Origin: an uncultured Lachnospiraceae bacterium
GTDB lineage: Bacteria > Bacillota > Clostridia > Lachnospirales > Lachnospiraceae
Assembly: GCA_944381515.1 (NCBI GenBank)
Contig: CALWLM010000118.1
Span: forward strand, 37,137 to 101,136
Direction: 5' to 3'
DNA length: 64,000 bases
In this document: positions 16,927 to 28,289 of the stretch, piece by piece
How positions within the stretch are numbered: position 1 is the stretch's first letter
Layout: each line of letters opens with the position of its first letter
Program-made: the position numbers and the translations under genes
The notes under the pieces: generated by a model
What the model was told of the DNA's origin: nothing
The model's database searches: none
What the model saw: only the letters and a program-made list of their open reading frames with translations

Positions 16927-17787
16927 TTAGTTGAAGCCCCGGAAGCCTTTGCCGATAATTTCACTGCTGTTGGTGATGGTGATGAAAGCGCCTGGTTCGT
17001 GGCGGCGGACAAAGTTGCGCAGCTGAACGGCCTGGCTGCGCTTCATCACCGTCAGAATCACGGTCTTGGGACGGTGTGCATAGGCGCCCTCAGCTTTGTA
17101 GACCGTGGCGCTGCGGTTCAGATTTTTCATAATAAAATCGCAGATGGGCTGCGGGTCGTCGCAGACAATGGTGAAATACTTGCAGAGATTGATGTTTTCG
17201 ATGACGCCGTCGATGACCAGAGACTTGGCCATCAGGCCGGTAAAGGAAAAGAGGCCGGTCTGCGTGTCAAAAACAAAGAAGGCGGAAACCACCATGAAAA
17301 GATCCACGATGAAGAGAGCCATGCCGATGTTAAAGCTGCTGTATTTTTTCAGGATCATGGCCACAATGTCTGTGCCTCCGCTGGAAGCGCCGATGTTAAA
17401 CAGAATTGCGGAGCTGACAGCGGGCAGAATGGTGGCGAAGATCAGTTCCAGCACAGGCTCATTGGTGACGGGCTGCGAGATAGGGAACCATTTGTCGGCC
17501 AGGCTCAGCGCCACGGAAGTTAATATGCTTACGTAAACGGTTTTGATTCCAAAGCTTTTGCCCAGGAAAATAAAACCAAAGACCAACAGCACCATATTGA
17601 TGATAAAGGTATAGGTGCTGGCGCTCAAGGCTCCCAGCTGTCCCAGGATGACGGCAAAGCCGGTGACGCCGCCGAAGGAAAAGTTGTTGGGAAATTTAAA
17701 GACATGGACGCCGACCACCAGAATCAGGGTGGCGATGGTCAGAATACTGTACTCAATCAGTGTCTGTGTCACTTTGCTGCGTTCCAT
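16927..17787 (-). CDS. YitT-family (DUF161/DUF2179) membrane protein
   Basis: Multi-TM N-terminal part and a C-terminal ...AFITITNSSEIIGKGFRGF motif. I preferred the ATG at 17787 (286 aa) over the track TTG start; the start is uncertain. Confidence 0.55.
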   Translation of the reverse strand: MERSKVTQTLIEYSILTIATLILVVGVHVFKFPNNFSFGGVTGFAVILGQLGALSASTYTFIINMVLLVFGFIFLGKSFGIKTVYVSILTSVALSLADKWFPISQPVTNEPVLELIFATILPAVSSAILFNIGASSGGTDIVAMILKKYSSFNIGMALFIVDLFMVVSAFFVFDTQTGLFSFTGLMAKSLVIDGVIENINLCKYFTIVCDDPQPICDFIMKNLNRSATVYKAEGAYAHRPKTVILTVMKRSQAVQLRNFVRRHEPGAFITITNSSEIIGKGFRGFN

Positions 17788-17968
17788 AGTTTTAGAAACA
17801 CTCCTTATCGGTAGAAATAGCGGAGAAGAGCCGTCTTTTGCCAGGGGCATTTTCTCCACAGCGTAGCTTAGCACAAAAAGGATTCGGATACAATAAAAAA
17901 GGCTTGAAATTTTCAAAAAACTGTGTTAGGATGAAAAAGTAAATTCCAAAGGTAAATTACAGAGCGTT

Positions 17969-17997
17969 GGATTGTAACTGCCAGAGCAGGCAAGACC
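17969..17997 (+). promoter_or_regulatory. RAT (ribonucleic antiterminator) element with overlapping terminator, leader of licT
   Basis: GGATTGTAACTGCCAGAGCAGGCAAGACC matches the LicT/SacY RAT consensus. It is followed by a stem and a T7 run at 18041-18047. Confidence 0.6.
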
Positions 17998-18108
17998 AGA
18001 ACATCGGAGATAGCCATAGGGTATCTGCGTGTTTGCGGTCTTTTTTTATTGCATGGCGGTGAATTCCCAGATTGGTAATTCCGGCTCTGGAGGGGATGGT
18101 GGGGGCCG

Positions 18109-18948
18109 ATGGTAATCAAGAAAATTTACAACAATAATATCCTGCTGGTGGAGGATGAAAGACAGCTGGAGATGATTCTGATTGGCAGGGGAATTGCCTT
18201 TCAGAAAAAAGTGGGGGACAGAATTTCACAGGACCGGGCCGAGAAGCGTTTCGTCATCGATTCTCCGGAGCTTACCTCCCGCTTCGCGGAGCTGGTAAAG
18301 GAAGTGCCGGTCAATCATCTGGAGCTGGCCTGCCGCATCATCGAGGAGGCGCAGGATGCGCTGGAGGTCAAATTCAGCGATGCCATCTATATCGGACTGT
18401 CGGACCATATCAGTTATGCGCTCCATCGTTACAAGCAGAACCTGCCCCTGAAAAACAATCTTCTCTGGGAGATTCGGCGATTTTATCCGCGGGAGTATGA
18501 ACAGGCGAAAAAAGCTCTGAAAACCATTGCCTACTATGAAAATGCGCATCTGCCGGAGGATGAGGCGGGATATATTGCCCTGCATTTCGTCAACGCTACG
18601 CAGGAGGGCGAGGAAATGCAGACCACGATCATGGTGACAGAGACGGTTCAGGATCTGCTGCAGATCGTGCAGATTCACTTTAATACCCATCTGGATGAAA
18701 AGACGCTCAGCTACGAACGGCTGGTTACCCATCTGCGTTACTTTGTTCACCGGCTGTTTGTAGGGGAATTGGCGGAGAGTGAGGACGATACGCTGTATGA
18801 ACAGGTGAAGGCAGCCTATCCCCGCTGTCACAGCTGCGTTGAAAAAATCTGTGAGTATATCCAGATGAAATTTCATGCGCAGCTCACCCAGGAGGAAAAA
18901 ATGTATCTGATGCTGCATATCAGCCGGGTGACGGACAGAAAGAATTAA
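18109..18948 (+). CDS. licT: BglG/LicT-family PRD-containing transcription antiterminator
   Basis: CAT RNA-binding N-terminus MVIKKIYNNNILLVEDE...IGRGIAF followed by two PRD domains. Confidence 0.85.
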   Translation: MVIKKIYNNNILLVEDERQLEMILIGRGIAFQKKVGDRISQDRAEKRFVIDSPELTSRFAELVKEVPVNHLELACRIIEEAQDALEVKFSDAIYIGLSDHISYALHRYKQNLPLKNNLLWEIRRFYPREYEQAKKALKTIAYYENAHLPEDEAGYIALHFVNATQEGEEMQTTIMVTETVQDLLQIVQIHFNTHLDEKTLSYERLVTHLRYFVHRLFVGELAESEDDTLYEQVKAAYPRCHSCVEKICEYIQMKFHAQLTQEEKMYLMLHISRVTDRKN

Positions 18949-19025
18949 GATTATCATTAAGATTATCAGCCGAAGAAGCCATAAGATACAGCGGAAGCGA
19001 TAAGAATAGAACAGAATAAGCAAAT

Positions 19026-19056
19026 GGATTGTAACCGCATCGAAGCGGGCAAGACC
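19026..19056 (+). promoter_or_regulatory. second RAT element plus terminator, leader of the PTS gene
   Basis: GGATTGTAACCGCATCGAAGCGGGCAAGACC. A hairpin and T-run follow to ~19105. Confidence 0.6.
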
Positions 19057-19167
19057 GGAGGGAACAAGGCTGTGCAGACAGCTTGTGTTTCCGCTGGTCT
19101 TTTTATTTGCTGCAAAGTGAATCAGCATCTCAAAAAGAGATAGCCATAAAGAAAGAGAGGTAAGAGT

Positions 19168-21006
19168 ATGAACTACGAGAAGATGGCCCGGGATATTCTG
19201 GGCTGCACAGGAGGCATCGAGAACATTTCTTTCATGACTCACTGCGCCACCAGGCTGCGTCTGAATTTCAAGGACGAGTCCAAGGTGGACCTGGAGGCGG
19301 TCAAAAAGGTGGAGGGAGTCATCGGAGCGGTAAAGAAGGGCGGACAGTACCAGATCATTATCGGCACCGATGTGGCTCAGGTTATGAACGAGGTGAATAA
19401 GCTGGGGAAAATCACCGGCGGCGAGAGCGGCCAGGAGAAGAAGGAGAATCTGATTAACCGGCTGATGAGCGTGATTGCAGGAATTTTCACACCGATTATT
19501 CCGGCCCTGATTGCAGGCGGTATGGTCAAGGCTGTGCTGACGCTTCTGACCTTCTTTAAGGTGATGGATTCCGCCTCCCAGACTTACTATATTATTAATT
19601 TTATTGCGGACACGCCTTTTTATTTCCTGCCGGTGCTGGTGGCGATTTCCACGGCGGCAAAATTAAAGTGCAATATGTATCTGGCGGCCGTCATTGGGGC
19701 GGCGCTGCTGCACCCGAACTTTACTTCTCTGGTCAGCGCCGCAGAGCCGGTGAGCTTTATCGGACTGCCGGTGACGCTGATTTCCTACGGTTCCAGCGTT
19801 ATTCCCAGCATCCTGGCTATCTGGCTGATGTCGGTGGTGGAACCCTTTGCAGATAAGATTTCGCCCAAGCCCATCAAGTTTTTGTCCAAGCCGTTAATCA
19901 CTGTGATTATTGTGGCGCCGATCACCTTTATTGTACTGGGCCCTCTGGGATACACGGTGGGCAGCGCCCTGGCTGTGGCGGCGGATTTCCTGAATCAGAA
20001 CGTGGGCTGGCTGGTTCCTACGCTGATGGGCGCCTTTATGCCTCTTCTGGTTATGACCGGTATGCACTGGAGCTTTACCCCCATTATCATGCAGTCCTAT
20101 GCCAGCTATGGCTATGAGGCGATTATGGGACCCGGCAGTTTTGTATCCAACATCTGCCAGGGCGCGGCTTCTTTGGCCGTTGCTTTCAAAACCCGGAATA
20201 AGGAAATGCGCCAGATCGCTACCTCTGCCGGCATTACTGCTTTGCTGGGCGTTACGGAACCGGCCATGTTCGGTGTGACGCTGAAGCTCAAAAAACCTCT
20301 GTATGCTGTGATGATCGGCGGCGCCTGCGGCGGTCTCTACGCGGGACTCAACGGCGTGGTGCGCTATACCTCCGGTACGCCCGGTCTGGCTTCCTTCGCC
20401 GTATTTATCGGCGAGAATCCGATGAATATTGTTCATGCCTTTATCTCTGTGGGAATCGGTGCGGCGATCACCTTCGTTCTGACCCTGGTCTTTGGCTTTG
20501 AGGACGAGGCTGCGTCTGTCAAGGCTGAGCAGAAGGAGGCGGAGCCACTGGTGCAGAAGATCCAGGTGGAGAGTCCGGCCGATGGGAAGTTAGAGCCCTT
20601 GTCCCAGGTGAAGGATGAAACTCTGGCGTCCGGAATTTTGGGCAAGGGTGCTGCCGTCGTTCCGGATAACGGCCGGGTGGTATCTCCGGTGAACGGCAGA
20701 ATTACCAGCGTTTTTCCTACCGGTCATGCTGTGGGAATCGTTGATGAAAACGGAGTGGAGCTGTTAATCCACATCGGTATTGACACGGTCAAGCTGGAGG
20801 GCAGGTATTTTACGGCCCATGTGAAGGATGGAGACGTGGTCAGGAAGGGAGATCTGCTGGTGGAATTTGACCGCAGGGCCGTGGAGGCAGAAGGATATGA
20901 TACAGTCATTGCTGTGCTGGTTACCAACAGTCAGGAGTTTTTGGACGTGATTCCCGCCCAGGCCGGAGCGGTGAAGGCCGGACAGCAGCTTTTTACTGTA
21001 GTGTAA
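19168..21006 (+). CDS. PTS beta-glucoside-specific transporter subunit EIIBCA
   Basis: EIIB Cys motif (HCATRLRLNF), a long EIIC membrane domain, and a C-terminal glucose-family EIIA (HAVGIVDENGVELLIHIGIDTV). Confidence 0.85.
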   Translation: MNYEKMARDILGCTGGIENISFMTHCATRLRLNFKDESKVDLEAVKKVEGVIGAVKKGGQYQIIIGTDVAQVMNEVNKLGKITGGESGQEKKENLINRLMSVIAGIFTPIIPALIAGGMVKAVLTLLTFFKVMDSASQTYYIINFIADTPFYFLPVLVAISTAAKLKCNMYLAAVIGAALLHPNFTSLVSAAEPVSFIGLPVTLISYGSSVIPSILAIWLMSVVEPFADKISPKPIKFLSKPLITVIIVAPITFIVLGPLGYTVGSALAVAADFLNQNVGWLVPTLMGAFMPLLVMTGMHWSFTPIIMQSYASYGYEAIMGPGSFVSNICQGAASLAVAFKTRNKEMRQIATSAGITALLGVTEPAMFGVTLKLKKPLYAVMIGGACGGLYAGLNGVVRYTSGTPGLASFAVFIGENPMNIVHAFISVGIGAAITFVLTLVFGFEDEAASVKAEQKEAEPLVQKIQVESPADGKLEPLSQVKDETLASGILGKGAAVVPDNGRVVSPVNGRITSVFPTGHAVGIVDENGVELLIHIGIDTVKLEGRYFTAHVKDGDVVRKGDLLVEFDRRAVEAEGYDTVIAVLVTNSQEFLDVIPAQAGAVKAGQQLFTVV

Positions 21007-21025
21007 GCAGCGGCGCGCGCAATGA

Positions 21026-22477
<1,452 letters not shown>

Positions 22478-22509
22478 GATAAAGCTGCGGCCGCGGGCAA
22501 AGAAAAACA

Positions 22510-22554
22510 GAGGACAGCGACTTCCTGCGGGAAGGCTGTCCTCGGCTTTTATTT
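22510..22554. terminator. bidirectional terminator between GH1 and CBS genes
   Basis: GAGGACAGC...GCTGTCCTC hairpin. It is flanked by an A-run upstream and TTTTATTT downstream. Confidence 0.6.
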
Positions 22555-23034
22555 GGTGGGCTGTTTGCCGGCCGCGGCCGTAACGGCAGCCGCAAAGACG
22601 GCGTCCTTCTGGGCGGAAACCTGTTCCTGAAGCTTGATCAGCTCCTGGTAGCAGTAGAGGATAATGTCCCGGCGGGTGATGATACCGATAAATTTTTCCT
22701 GATCATCCACTACGGGGACAAAATTCTGACCGGCCGCCCGCTCAATCAAATCCTCCATTCGGGCTCCGGCGTGAACGGAGTGGACCGGACGCCCCTTGGG
22801 AATATCGTTTACAAAGATGCTCTCCGCCTCTTTTAAGTCCAGATCGTACTCCTTTTTGACTACCCGCAAAATATCCCCTTCGGCCAGGGTGCCCACATAA
22901 CGGCCCTGGCGGTCCAGAATCGGGACGGCGGTGTAGCCGTGATAGTCCATCTTTTCGATGGCCTGCCGCAGGGTAAAATCGTCGTAAATATAGTCTACTT
23001 CACTTTTCGGTGTCAGAAAAAACAGTATGTTCAT
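22549..23034 (-). CDS. CBS-pair domain protein
   Basis: Two CBS motifs (VPILDRQGRYVGTL... / FVPVVDDQEKFIGIITRRDI). Confidence 0.6.
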   Translation of the reverse strand: MNILFFLTPKSEVDYIYDDFTLRQAIEKMDYHGYTAVPILDRQGRYVGTLAEGDILRVVKKEYDLDLKEAESIFVNDIPKGRPVHSVHAGARMEDLIERAAGQNFVPVVDDQEKFIGIITRRDIILYCYQELIKLQEQVSAQKDAVFAAAVTAAAGKQPTK

Positions 23035-23207
23035 AAAGATGGCTCCTTTTGTATGTGCTGCTCTACTCCAGTATACTTCATTCCAGGCGGCAGGTCAAAA
23101 GAATTGCGGGAATTCATAAAAAATTAAGGGATGAATCTGCCGGCAGTATTGAATCGGTAAAAAATATCTGTTAGGATAAAATAAACAGAGGAAAGGCAGG
23201 CGGAGAA

Positions 23208-23390
23208 ATGGCGGGACAGGAGGGCTGCGAATATTGCAGCAATTATGTGTACGATGAGGATTACGAGTGCTACGTATGCGATATGGATCTGGATGAGGAT
23301 GAGATGGTCCGTTTCCTGCAGGGCAGGACGGCGGGCTGTCCCTATTTCCGGTTTGACGACGAGTACCGAATTGTGCGCAGGCAGATGTAA
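23208..23390 (+). CDS. hypothetical small acidic Cys-rich protein (60 aa; possible zinc ribbon)
   Basis: CEYC...CYVC...GC spacing with an acidic core. The RBS GGCGGAG is weak. The stop lies inside a 4x12-nt tandem repeat. Confidence 0.35.
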   Translation: MAGQEGCEYCSNYVYDEDYECYVCDMDLDEDEMVRFLQGRTAGCPYFRFDDEYRIVRRQM

Positions 23391-23446
23391 AGACAGATAT
23401 AAAGACGGATGTAAAGGCAGATGCAAAATCAGCCTGCCGGTTAATG

Positions 23447-23485
23447 AAACAGGCGTCTCTCTTAGGAGGAGAGACGCCTGTTTTT
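23447..23485. terminator. rho-independent terminator (serves convergent fba)
   Basis: AAACAGGCGTCTCTC-ttaggagg-AGAGACGCCTGTTTTT. Confidence 0.65.
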
Positions 23486-23553
23486 AAGCTTGTCCGCTCC
23501 GGAAAAAGTATCCGGCTGAAGACAGATCAGATTTCGATCCTGGAATCTGGTTC

Positions 23554-24519
23554 TCAGGCCTTGTTGTCGCAGCCCAGAACGTCTACGATCTTGTGCATAA
23601 CAAGCTTCTTGATGTTCTCACGGGCGGGCTTTAAGTACTGACGGGGATCGAAGTGAGAAGGATTCTCGTCGAAGTACTGACGGATGGTGCCGGTCATGGC
23701 CAGACGCAGATCGGAGTCGATGTTGATCTTGCAGACAGATCTTCTGGCAGCCTCACGCAGCTGCTCCTCCGGAATGCCAACGGCATCGGGCATCTTGCCG
23801 CCGTGCTCGTTGATCATCTTCACATACTCCTGAGGTACGGAAGAAGAACCGTGCAGAACGATGGGGAAGCCGGGCAGTCTCTTGGAGACCTCCTCCAGAA
23901 TGTCGAAACGCAGGGGCGGGGGAACCAGCTCGCCCTTCTCGTTGCGGGTGCACTGATCTGCAGTGAACTTGTAAGCGCCGTGGGAGGTGCCGATGGCAAT
24001 AGCCAGGGAATCGCAGCCGGTACGGGTCACAAATTCCTCAACCTCCTCGGGACGGGTATAATGGGACTCCTCAGCGGATACATTCACATCATCCTCGATG
24101 CCGGCCAGAGCGCCCAGCTCAGCCTCTACTACTACGCCATGAGCGTGAGCATATTCTACGACCTGCTTGGTGATGGCGATATTCTCCTCAAAGGGCTTGG
24201 AGGAGGCGTCGATCATGACGGAGGTGAAACCATCGTCGATACAGGATTTGCAGGTCTCAAAGCTGTCGCCGTGATCCAGATGCAGAACGATCGGCAGGCC
24301 GGTCTCGATAACGGCAGCCTCTACCAGCTTGACCAGATAGGTGCGGTTCGCATAGGCGCGGGCGCCTTTGGAAACCTGCAGAATTACAGGAGCGTTGCAC
24401 TCCTTTGCAGCTTCGGTGATACCCTGAATGATCTCCATGTTGTTGACATTGAAAGCGCCGATGGCATAACCGCCGTCATAAGCTTTCTTGAACATTTCGG
24501 TTGAAGTAACTAAGGGCAT
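23554..24519 (-). CDS. fba: class II fructose-bisphosphate aldolase
   Basis: MPLVTSTEMFKKAYDGGYAIGAFNVNN... and zinc-binding His in ...LHLDHG... The start is the ATG at 24519 after AGGTGG (the track start is a GTG inside the RBS). Confidence 0.9.
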   Translation of the reverse strand: MPLVTSTEMFKKAYDGGYAIGAFNVNNMEIIQGITEAAKECNAPVILQVSKGARAYANRTYLVKLVEAAVIETGLPIVLHLDHGDSFETCKSCIDDGFTSVMIDASSKPFEENIAITKQVVEYAHAHGVVVEAELGALAGIEDDVNVSAEESHYTRPEEVEEFVTRTGCDSLAIAIGTSHGAYKFTADQCTRNEKGELVPPPLRFDILEEVSKRLPGFPIVLHGSSSVPQEYVKMINEHGGKMPDAVGIPEEQLREAARRSVCKINIDSDLRLAMTGTIRQYFDENPSHFDPRQYLKPARENIKKLVMHKIVDVLGCDNKA

Positions 24520-24696
24520 TTTATTTTCCACCTTTCTTATTATTTTAGGCGGGCGGATTAGGGACGACGCCCTGCCGCCTTCCTCTTCATTATACCATAA
24601 GAATTTGATCTGTATAGAAGAATTTTTGACATATAATGAGAAAAAGTGCGGGAGAAAACTGTACGGCCCTATGGCGCGCCGGAAAAATACAGGGCT

Positions 24697-26580
24697 CTAA
24701 CCCAGCCCGATCAGACGGCAGACAGCTGCGACGGTAATGCAGAGCAGCATTCCGGTCAGGGCCGGAATCAGGAAGGCGGCGATGGTCCAGCGCAGGCTGC
24801 CGGTCTCTTTTTTGATGGTGAGACAGGTGGTGGAGCAGGGCCAGTGAAAGAGGCAGAAGGTCATGGTGCACAGGGCGGTGGTCAGAGTCCAGCCGTTGGC
24901 GGTGAGGATCTGATGGAGATTGGTCAGACTTTCGTAGTCGGTCAGGGTGCCGGCAGACAGGTAGCACATCAGAATGATGGGCAGGACGATTTCGTTGGCG
25001 GGCCAGCCCAAAATAAAGGCGGTGAGGATTACGCCGTCCATTCCCATCAGCCGCCCCAGAGGATCGAGAAAGGAGGAAAAGCGGCTAAGCAGAGAGATTC
25101 CTCCAGGCGATACGTTGGCTAAGGTCCAGATAAGCAGGCCAGCAGGGATGGCGATAATTACGGCGCGGCCCAGGACGAAAAGGGTGCGGTCCAGGACAGA
25201 GCGGATCAGCACCCGCAGCACCTGGGGGCGGCGATAGGGCGGCAGCTCCAGAGTAAAGGCCGAAGGCTCTCCCTTTAGCAGAGTGCGGGACAGCAGATAG
25301 GAAGCGGCAAAGGTCATCAGGATGCTGAAAAGAATCAGACCGGTCATGGCAGCTGCGGACAACAGGGAACCGGCGCTGCCGCAGTCAAGCCCCACCACAA
25401 ACATGGAAATAAGGGCCAAAAGAGTGGGAAAGCGGCCGTTGCAGGGCACGAAGGAATTGGTCAGTATGGCGATCAGCCGTTCCCGGCCGGAATCGATGAT
25501 ACGGCAGCCGGCCACGCCGCAGGCATTGCAGCCAAAGCCCATGCACATGGTCAGAGCCTGCTTGCCGCAGGCCCGGCATTTTTTGAAAAAAGGGTCCAGA
25601 TTGAAAGCCACTCTGGGCAAATAGCCCAGATCTTCCAGAAGGGTAAACAACGGGAAAAATATGGCCATGGGAGGCAGCATGACGGATACGACCCAGGCCA
25701 GAACGCGGTACATACCCTGGATGAGAAGGCCGGAGAGCCAGGCGGGAGCGCCCAGAACCTGGGCCAGCGCAAGGAGCCGTTCTTCAATACCGAAAAGCAG
25801 GGAGGATAAAAGAGCGGAGGGATAGTTGGCTCCCCAGATGGTCAGCCAGAAGATTCCCAAAAGAAAGAGGAGCATAATAGGGATGGCGGTCAGGGGACCG
25901 GTGAAAAGCCGGTCCAGACGGCGATCCAGGCTGCGGCTGTCCGGACGGGAAAAATGAACGGCAGAGGCAGAGATCTTCTCAGCCTTTGCGATAAAGGACA
26001 GAGCCGTTTCCTCGTCAAGGAGCGCAGCGGGAGCAAAGGTCTTGGATGCAGCGGTTTCAGATGCAGGAAGAGAGGCCATTTTGGCAATCTCGTCCATCAG
26101 CCGGTCCAGCCCCTGCCTGCGGGCGGCGCTGGCGGATACCACCGGCGCTCCCAACAGCTGGGACAGGCGGGGAAAATCTATGGATATTCCTTTACGGGCG
26201 GCTTCGTCGCAGAGGTTCACGCAGACAATGACCCGGCGGGTGAGGGACATTATCTGAAGAACCAGATTCAGATTGCGTTCCAGGCAGGTGGCATCGCAGA
26301 CCACCACGCAGGCGTCCGCCCCGCCGAAACGGATAAAATCGCGCGCCACCTCTTCCTCAGCGGAGTGGGCGATAAGGGAATACGTCCCCGGCAGATCGAT
26401 CACGGTATAGTCCTGTCCATTCCAGGAGGCGGTACCCTGGGCGCAGGCGATGGTTTTTCCTGCCCAATTTCCAGTATGCTGACGCATGCCGGTGAGACAA
26501 TTAAAAATCGTGCTTTTTCCCACGTTGGGATTGCCGGCCAGAGCGATGACAGGCTGGCCGCCGTCCAGGCGTTGAACCAT
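24697..26580 (-). CDS. feoB: ferrous iron transporter FeoB
   Basis: G-domain motifs GNPNVGKST / DLPGTYS / NLCD, followed by a polytopic membrane domain. 627 aa. Confidence 0.85.
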   Translation of the reverse strand: MVQRLDGGQPVIALAGNPNVGKSTIFNCLTGMRQHTGNWAGKTIACAQGTASWNGQDYTVIDLPGTYSLIAHSAEEEVARDFIRFGGADACVVVCDATCLERNLNLVLQIMSLTRRVIVCVNLCDEAARKGISIDFPRLSQLLGAPVVSASAARRQGLDRLMDEIAKMASLPASETAASKTFAPAALLDEETALSFIAKAEKISASAVHFSRPDSRSLDRRLDRLFTGPLTAIPIMLLFLLGIFWLTIWGANYPSALLSSLLFGIEERLLALAQVLGAPAWLSGLLIQGMYRVLAWVVSVMLPPMAIFFPLFTLLEDLGYLPRVAFNLDPFFKKCRACGKQALTMCMGFGCNACGVAGCRIIDSGRERLIAILTNSFVPCNGRFPTLLALISMFVVGLDCGSAGSLLSAAAMTGLILFSILMTFAASYLLSRTLLKGEPSAFTLELPPYRRPQVLRVLIRSVLDRTLFVLGRAVIIAIPAGLLIWTLANVSPGGISLLSRFSSFLDPLGRLMGMDGVILTAFILGWPANEIVLPIILMCYLSAGTLTDYESLTNLHQILTANGWTLTTALCTMTFCLFHWPCSTTCLTIKKETGSLRWTIAAFLIPALTGMLLCITVAAVCRLIGLG

Positions 26581-26696
26581 AAAAAATCCCCCATTTATGC
26601 AAAAAGAGAGGAAACACTGCAGGCGCAGCGCTTCCTCTTCTGCGTGTTTGCTATCAGCATATGCAAAAAGAGATGGGGTGGTGAATCATACCGGAC

Positions 26697-27122
26697 TTAT
26701 TTAAAGTCGTCGTCGAAATCATCGTCGGGTCCGTCAGGCCCGCCGGGGCCTCCGTGGCCGCGTCCGCCGTAGAATTCCTTGCCGACTACGTTTTTCTTGT
26801 CGCGGGCCGTCTCGACCAAGTCGGACAAAAGGCTCTTTATGTACACAGGTTTTTTGATATTAACCAGAAAGATATGCTGGTCGTGGTCTACTTTGGTGCA
26901 CAGCTCGATGGTACCGGTGCCGAAGATCTTCTGACCGAAGGAACGGCTCAGCCGGATGTCGGTGATCCGATACAACAGTACTTCTTCAAAGGAAGTGCTG
27001 AACAGACCGGTCTGCGTGTAGAGACGGTCGTTCTGAACAGAATACTTGGTGAAGGAGAAGGGAAACCACATAAAATGCTTGCGGTCCTTCCAGATCACAG
27101 TCGATTGGGTTGTTTCAGCCAT
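26697..27122 (-). CDS. bacterial PH-domain (bPH_2/DUF304-like) protein with Gly/Asp-rich tail
   Basis: The ...YRITDIRLSRSFGQKIFGTGTIEL... pattern resembles YdbS/YdbT-like PH domains. Has its own extended -10 (TGTGTATAAT) and an AAGGAGG RBS. Confidence 0.45.
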   Translation of the reverse strand: MAETTQSTVIWKDRKHFMWFPFSFTKYSVQNDRLYTQTGLFSTSFEEVLLYRITDIRLSRSFGQKIFGTGTIELCTKVDHDQHIFLVNIKKPVYIKSLLSDLVETARDKKNVVGKEFYGGRGHGGPGGPDGPDDDFDDDFK

Positions 27123-27263
27123 GGCGAAGCCTCCTTTTTCGTTGGTTGGCGAAAGCCTTCTGGAAGAAACTCCAGGGTCTTGCCGTTACCGTTATTATAC
27201 ACACATATGCCGCGGGCCGCAACTGCTTTGTGAGCTGAAGGGCTCCCGCTTTTGCGCCGGCTT

Positions 27264-28289
27264 TTATTCCGGCTGCTGTCGTTCCTCTCCGTCCTCCAGA
27301 GGGCGGTATAACAGTTCATGCTGCCGCAGGACTCTGTTTTGCACCTGTTCCCAAAATTTTTCCGGACCCAGCACGCGAAGCACCGGGCCAAAGGAGAGCA
27401 GTTCGATCAAAAGCTCCGTTTCGTCGGCGGAATCGTACCAGATGGAGCAGAGCCAGGTGTCGGACTCCGGCTCATAGGAGGTCTGCTTGTCGTAATGGGC
27501 GAAATGGAGCATACACCGTTCCAGAGCATTGCGTTCGTTTTGGATGCGGATCTGAACCGAGGGCATGTCCCTGCCGGCATTCCAGGCAGATTCGGGGGCA
27601 AAGCGTTTGGGAGGCAGACGGCGGGACAGATGGCAGGCGCGTATGCGTCCCAGATTCAGCGTAACTGGACGACCGGTCCGGCCATGGCGAAATTCCAGGG
27701 CCAGCAGGCGGAATTTGTCGTTTTTGAACGAATACTGGAGGCGGCAGGGCAGGACCTCCATGGTCATGGAATTTCCCTTGCCGCTTTCGTAGGCGGCGAT
27801 CAGCGGCTTTTTCTTTGTGAGCGCCCCAAGGACCGTTTGGAAATTCTGCCGGTACAGAGCGGACTCATAGTCGTCCCCGTCTTCGTATCGATCAAAATAG
27901 TAAAAATCCGAGAGATCAAAAAGAGGCTCCGTCTCTTTAAGTTCACCGGCGATGCAGTCAAGCTGTTCCCGGGAGAAAAACAGTCGAAAGCGTCTGTCCT
28001 CCAGCAGGGATTTGAGCCAGGCCTTCTGCAGACCGGTCAGGGGCGTCTTCAGGGACGAATGGGAGAGGGAGCTGCGCCAGGCCTTGGCATCCCCCTTTTC
28101 TCTGCGCAGCAGGGAGGACCAGGGGCCCCTGATTAGTTTGGGAACAATGGAGGAAGGGCTTTCCTCAAAGGCGCAGGCGCGAACAATTTGAATCATATCC
28201 TTTTCGGTTATTGCAGTCACAGCGGCCTTTTCCAGGATTTTTCGCACCGCCTGAAAATAAGAGCCGTAGATTTCCTCAAACAGAGCCAT
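27264..28289 (-). CDS. WYL-domain regulator, second of a coupled pair (WYL + WCX-like C-terminus)
   Basis: ...KFRLLALEFRHGRTGRPVTLNLGRIRACHL... WYL-like strand and a C-terminal ...LSFGPVLRVLGPEKFWEQV... WCX-like region. The start MALFEE (GGAGGT RBS) overlaps the upstream stop by 14 nt. Confidence 0.5.
   Translation of the reverse strand: MALFEEIYGSYFQAVRKILEKAAVTAITEKDMIQIVRACAFEESPSSIVPKLIRGPWSSLLRREKGDAKAWRSSLSHSSLKTPLTGLQKAWLKSLLEDRRFRLFFSREQLDCIAGELKETEPLFDLSDFYYFDRYEDGDDYESALYRQNFQTVLGALTKKKPLIAAYESGKGNSMTMEVLPCRLQYSFKNDKFRLLALEFRHGRTGRPVTLNLGRIRACHLSRRLPPKRFAPESAWNAGRDMPSVQIRIQNERNALERCMLHFAHYDKQTSYEPESDTWLCSIWYDSADETELLIELLSFGPVLRVLGPEKFWEQVQNRVLRQHELLYRPLEDGEERQQPE

Noticed and set aside
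26581-26696. feoA gene in the feoB leader
   Set aside because: The gap is only 116 bp and contains no ORF of FeoA size. The upstream 141-aa gene is a PH-domain protein, not an SH3-like FeoA.
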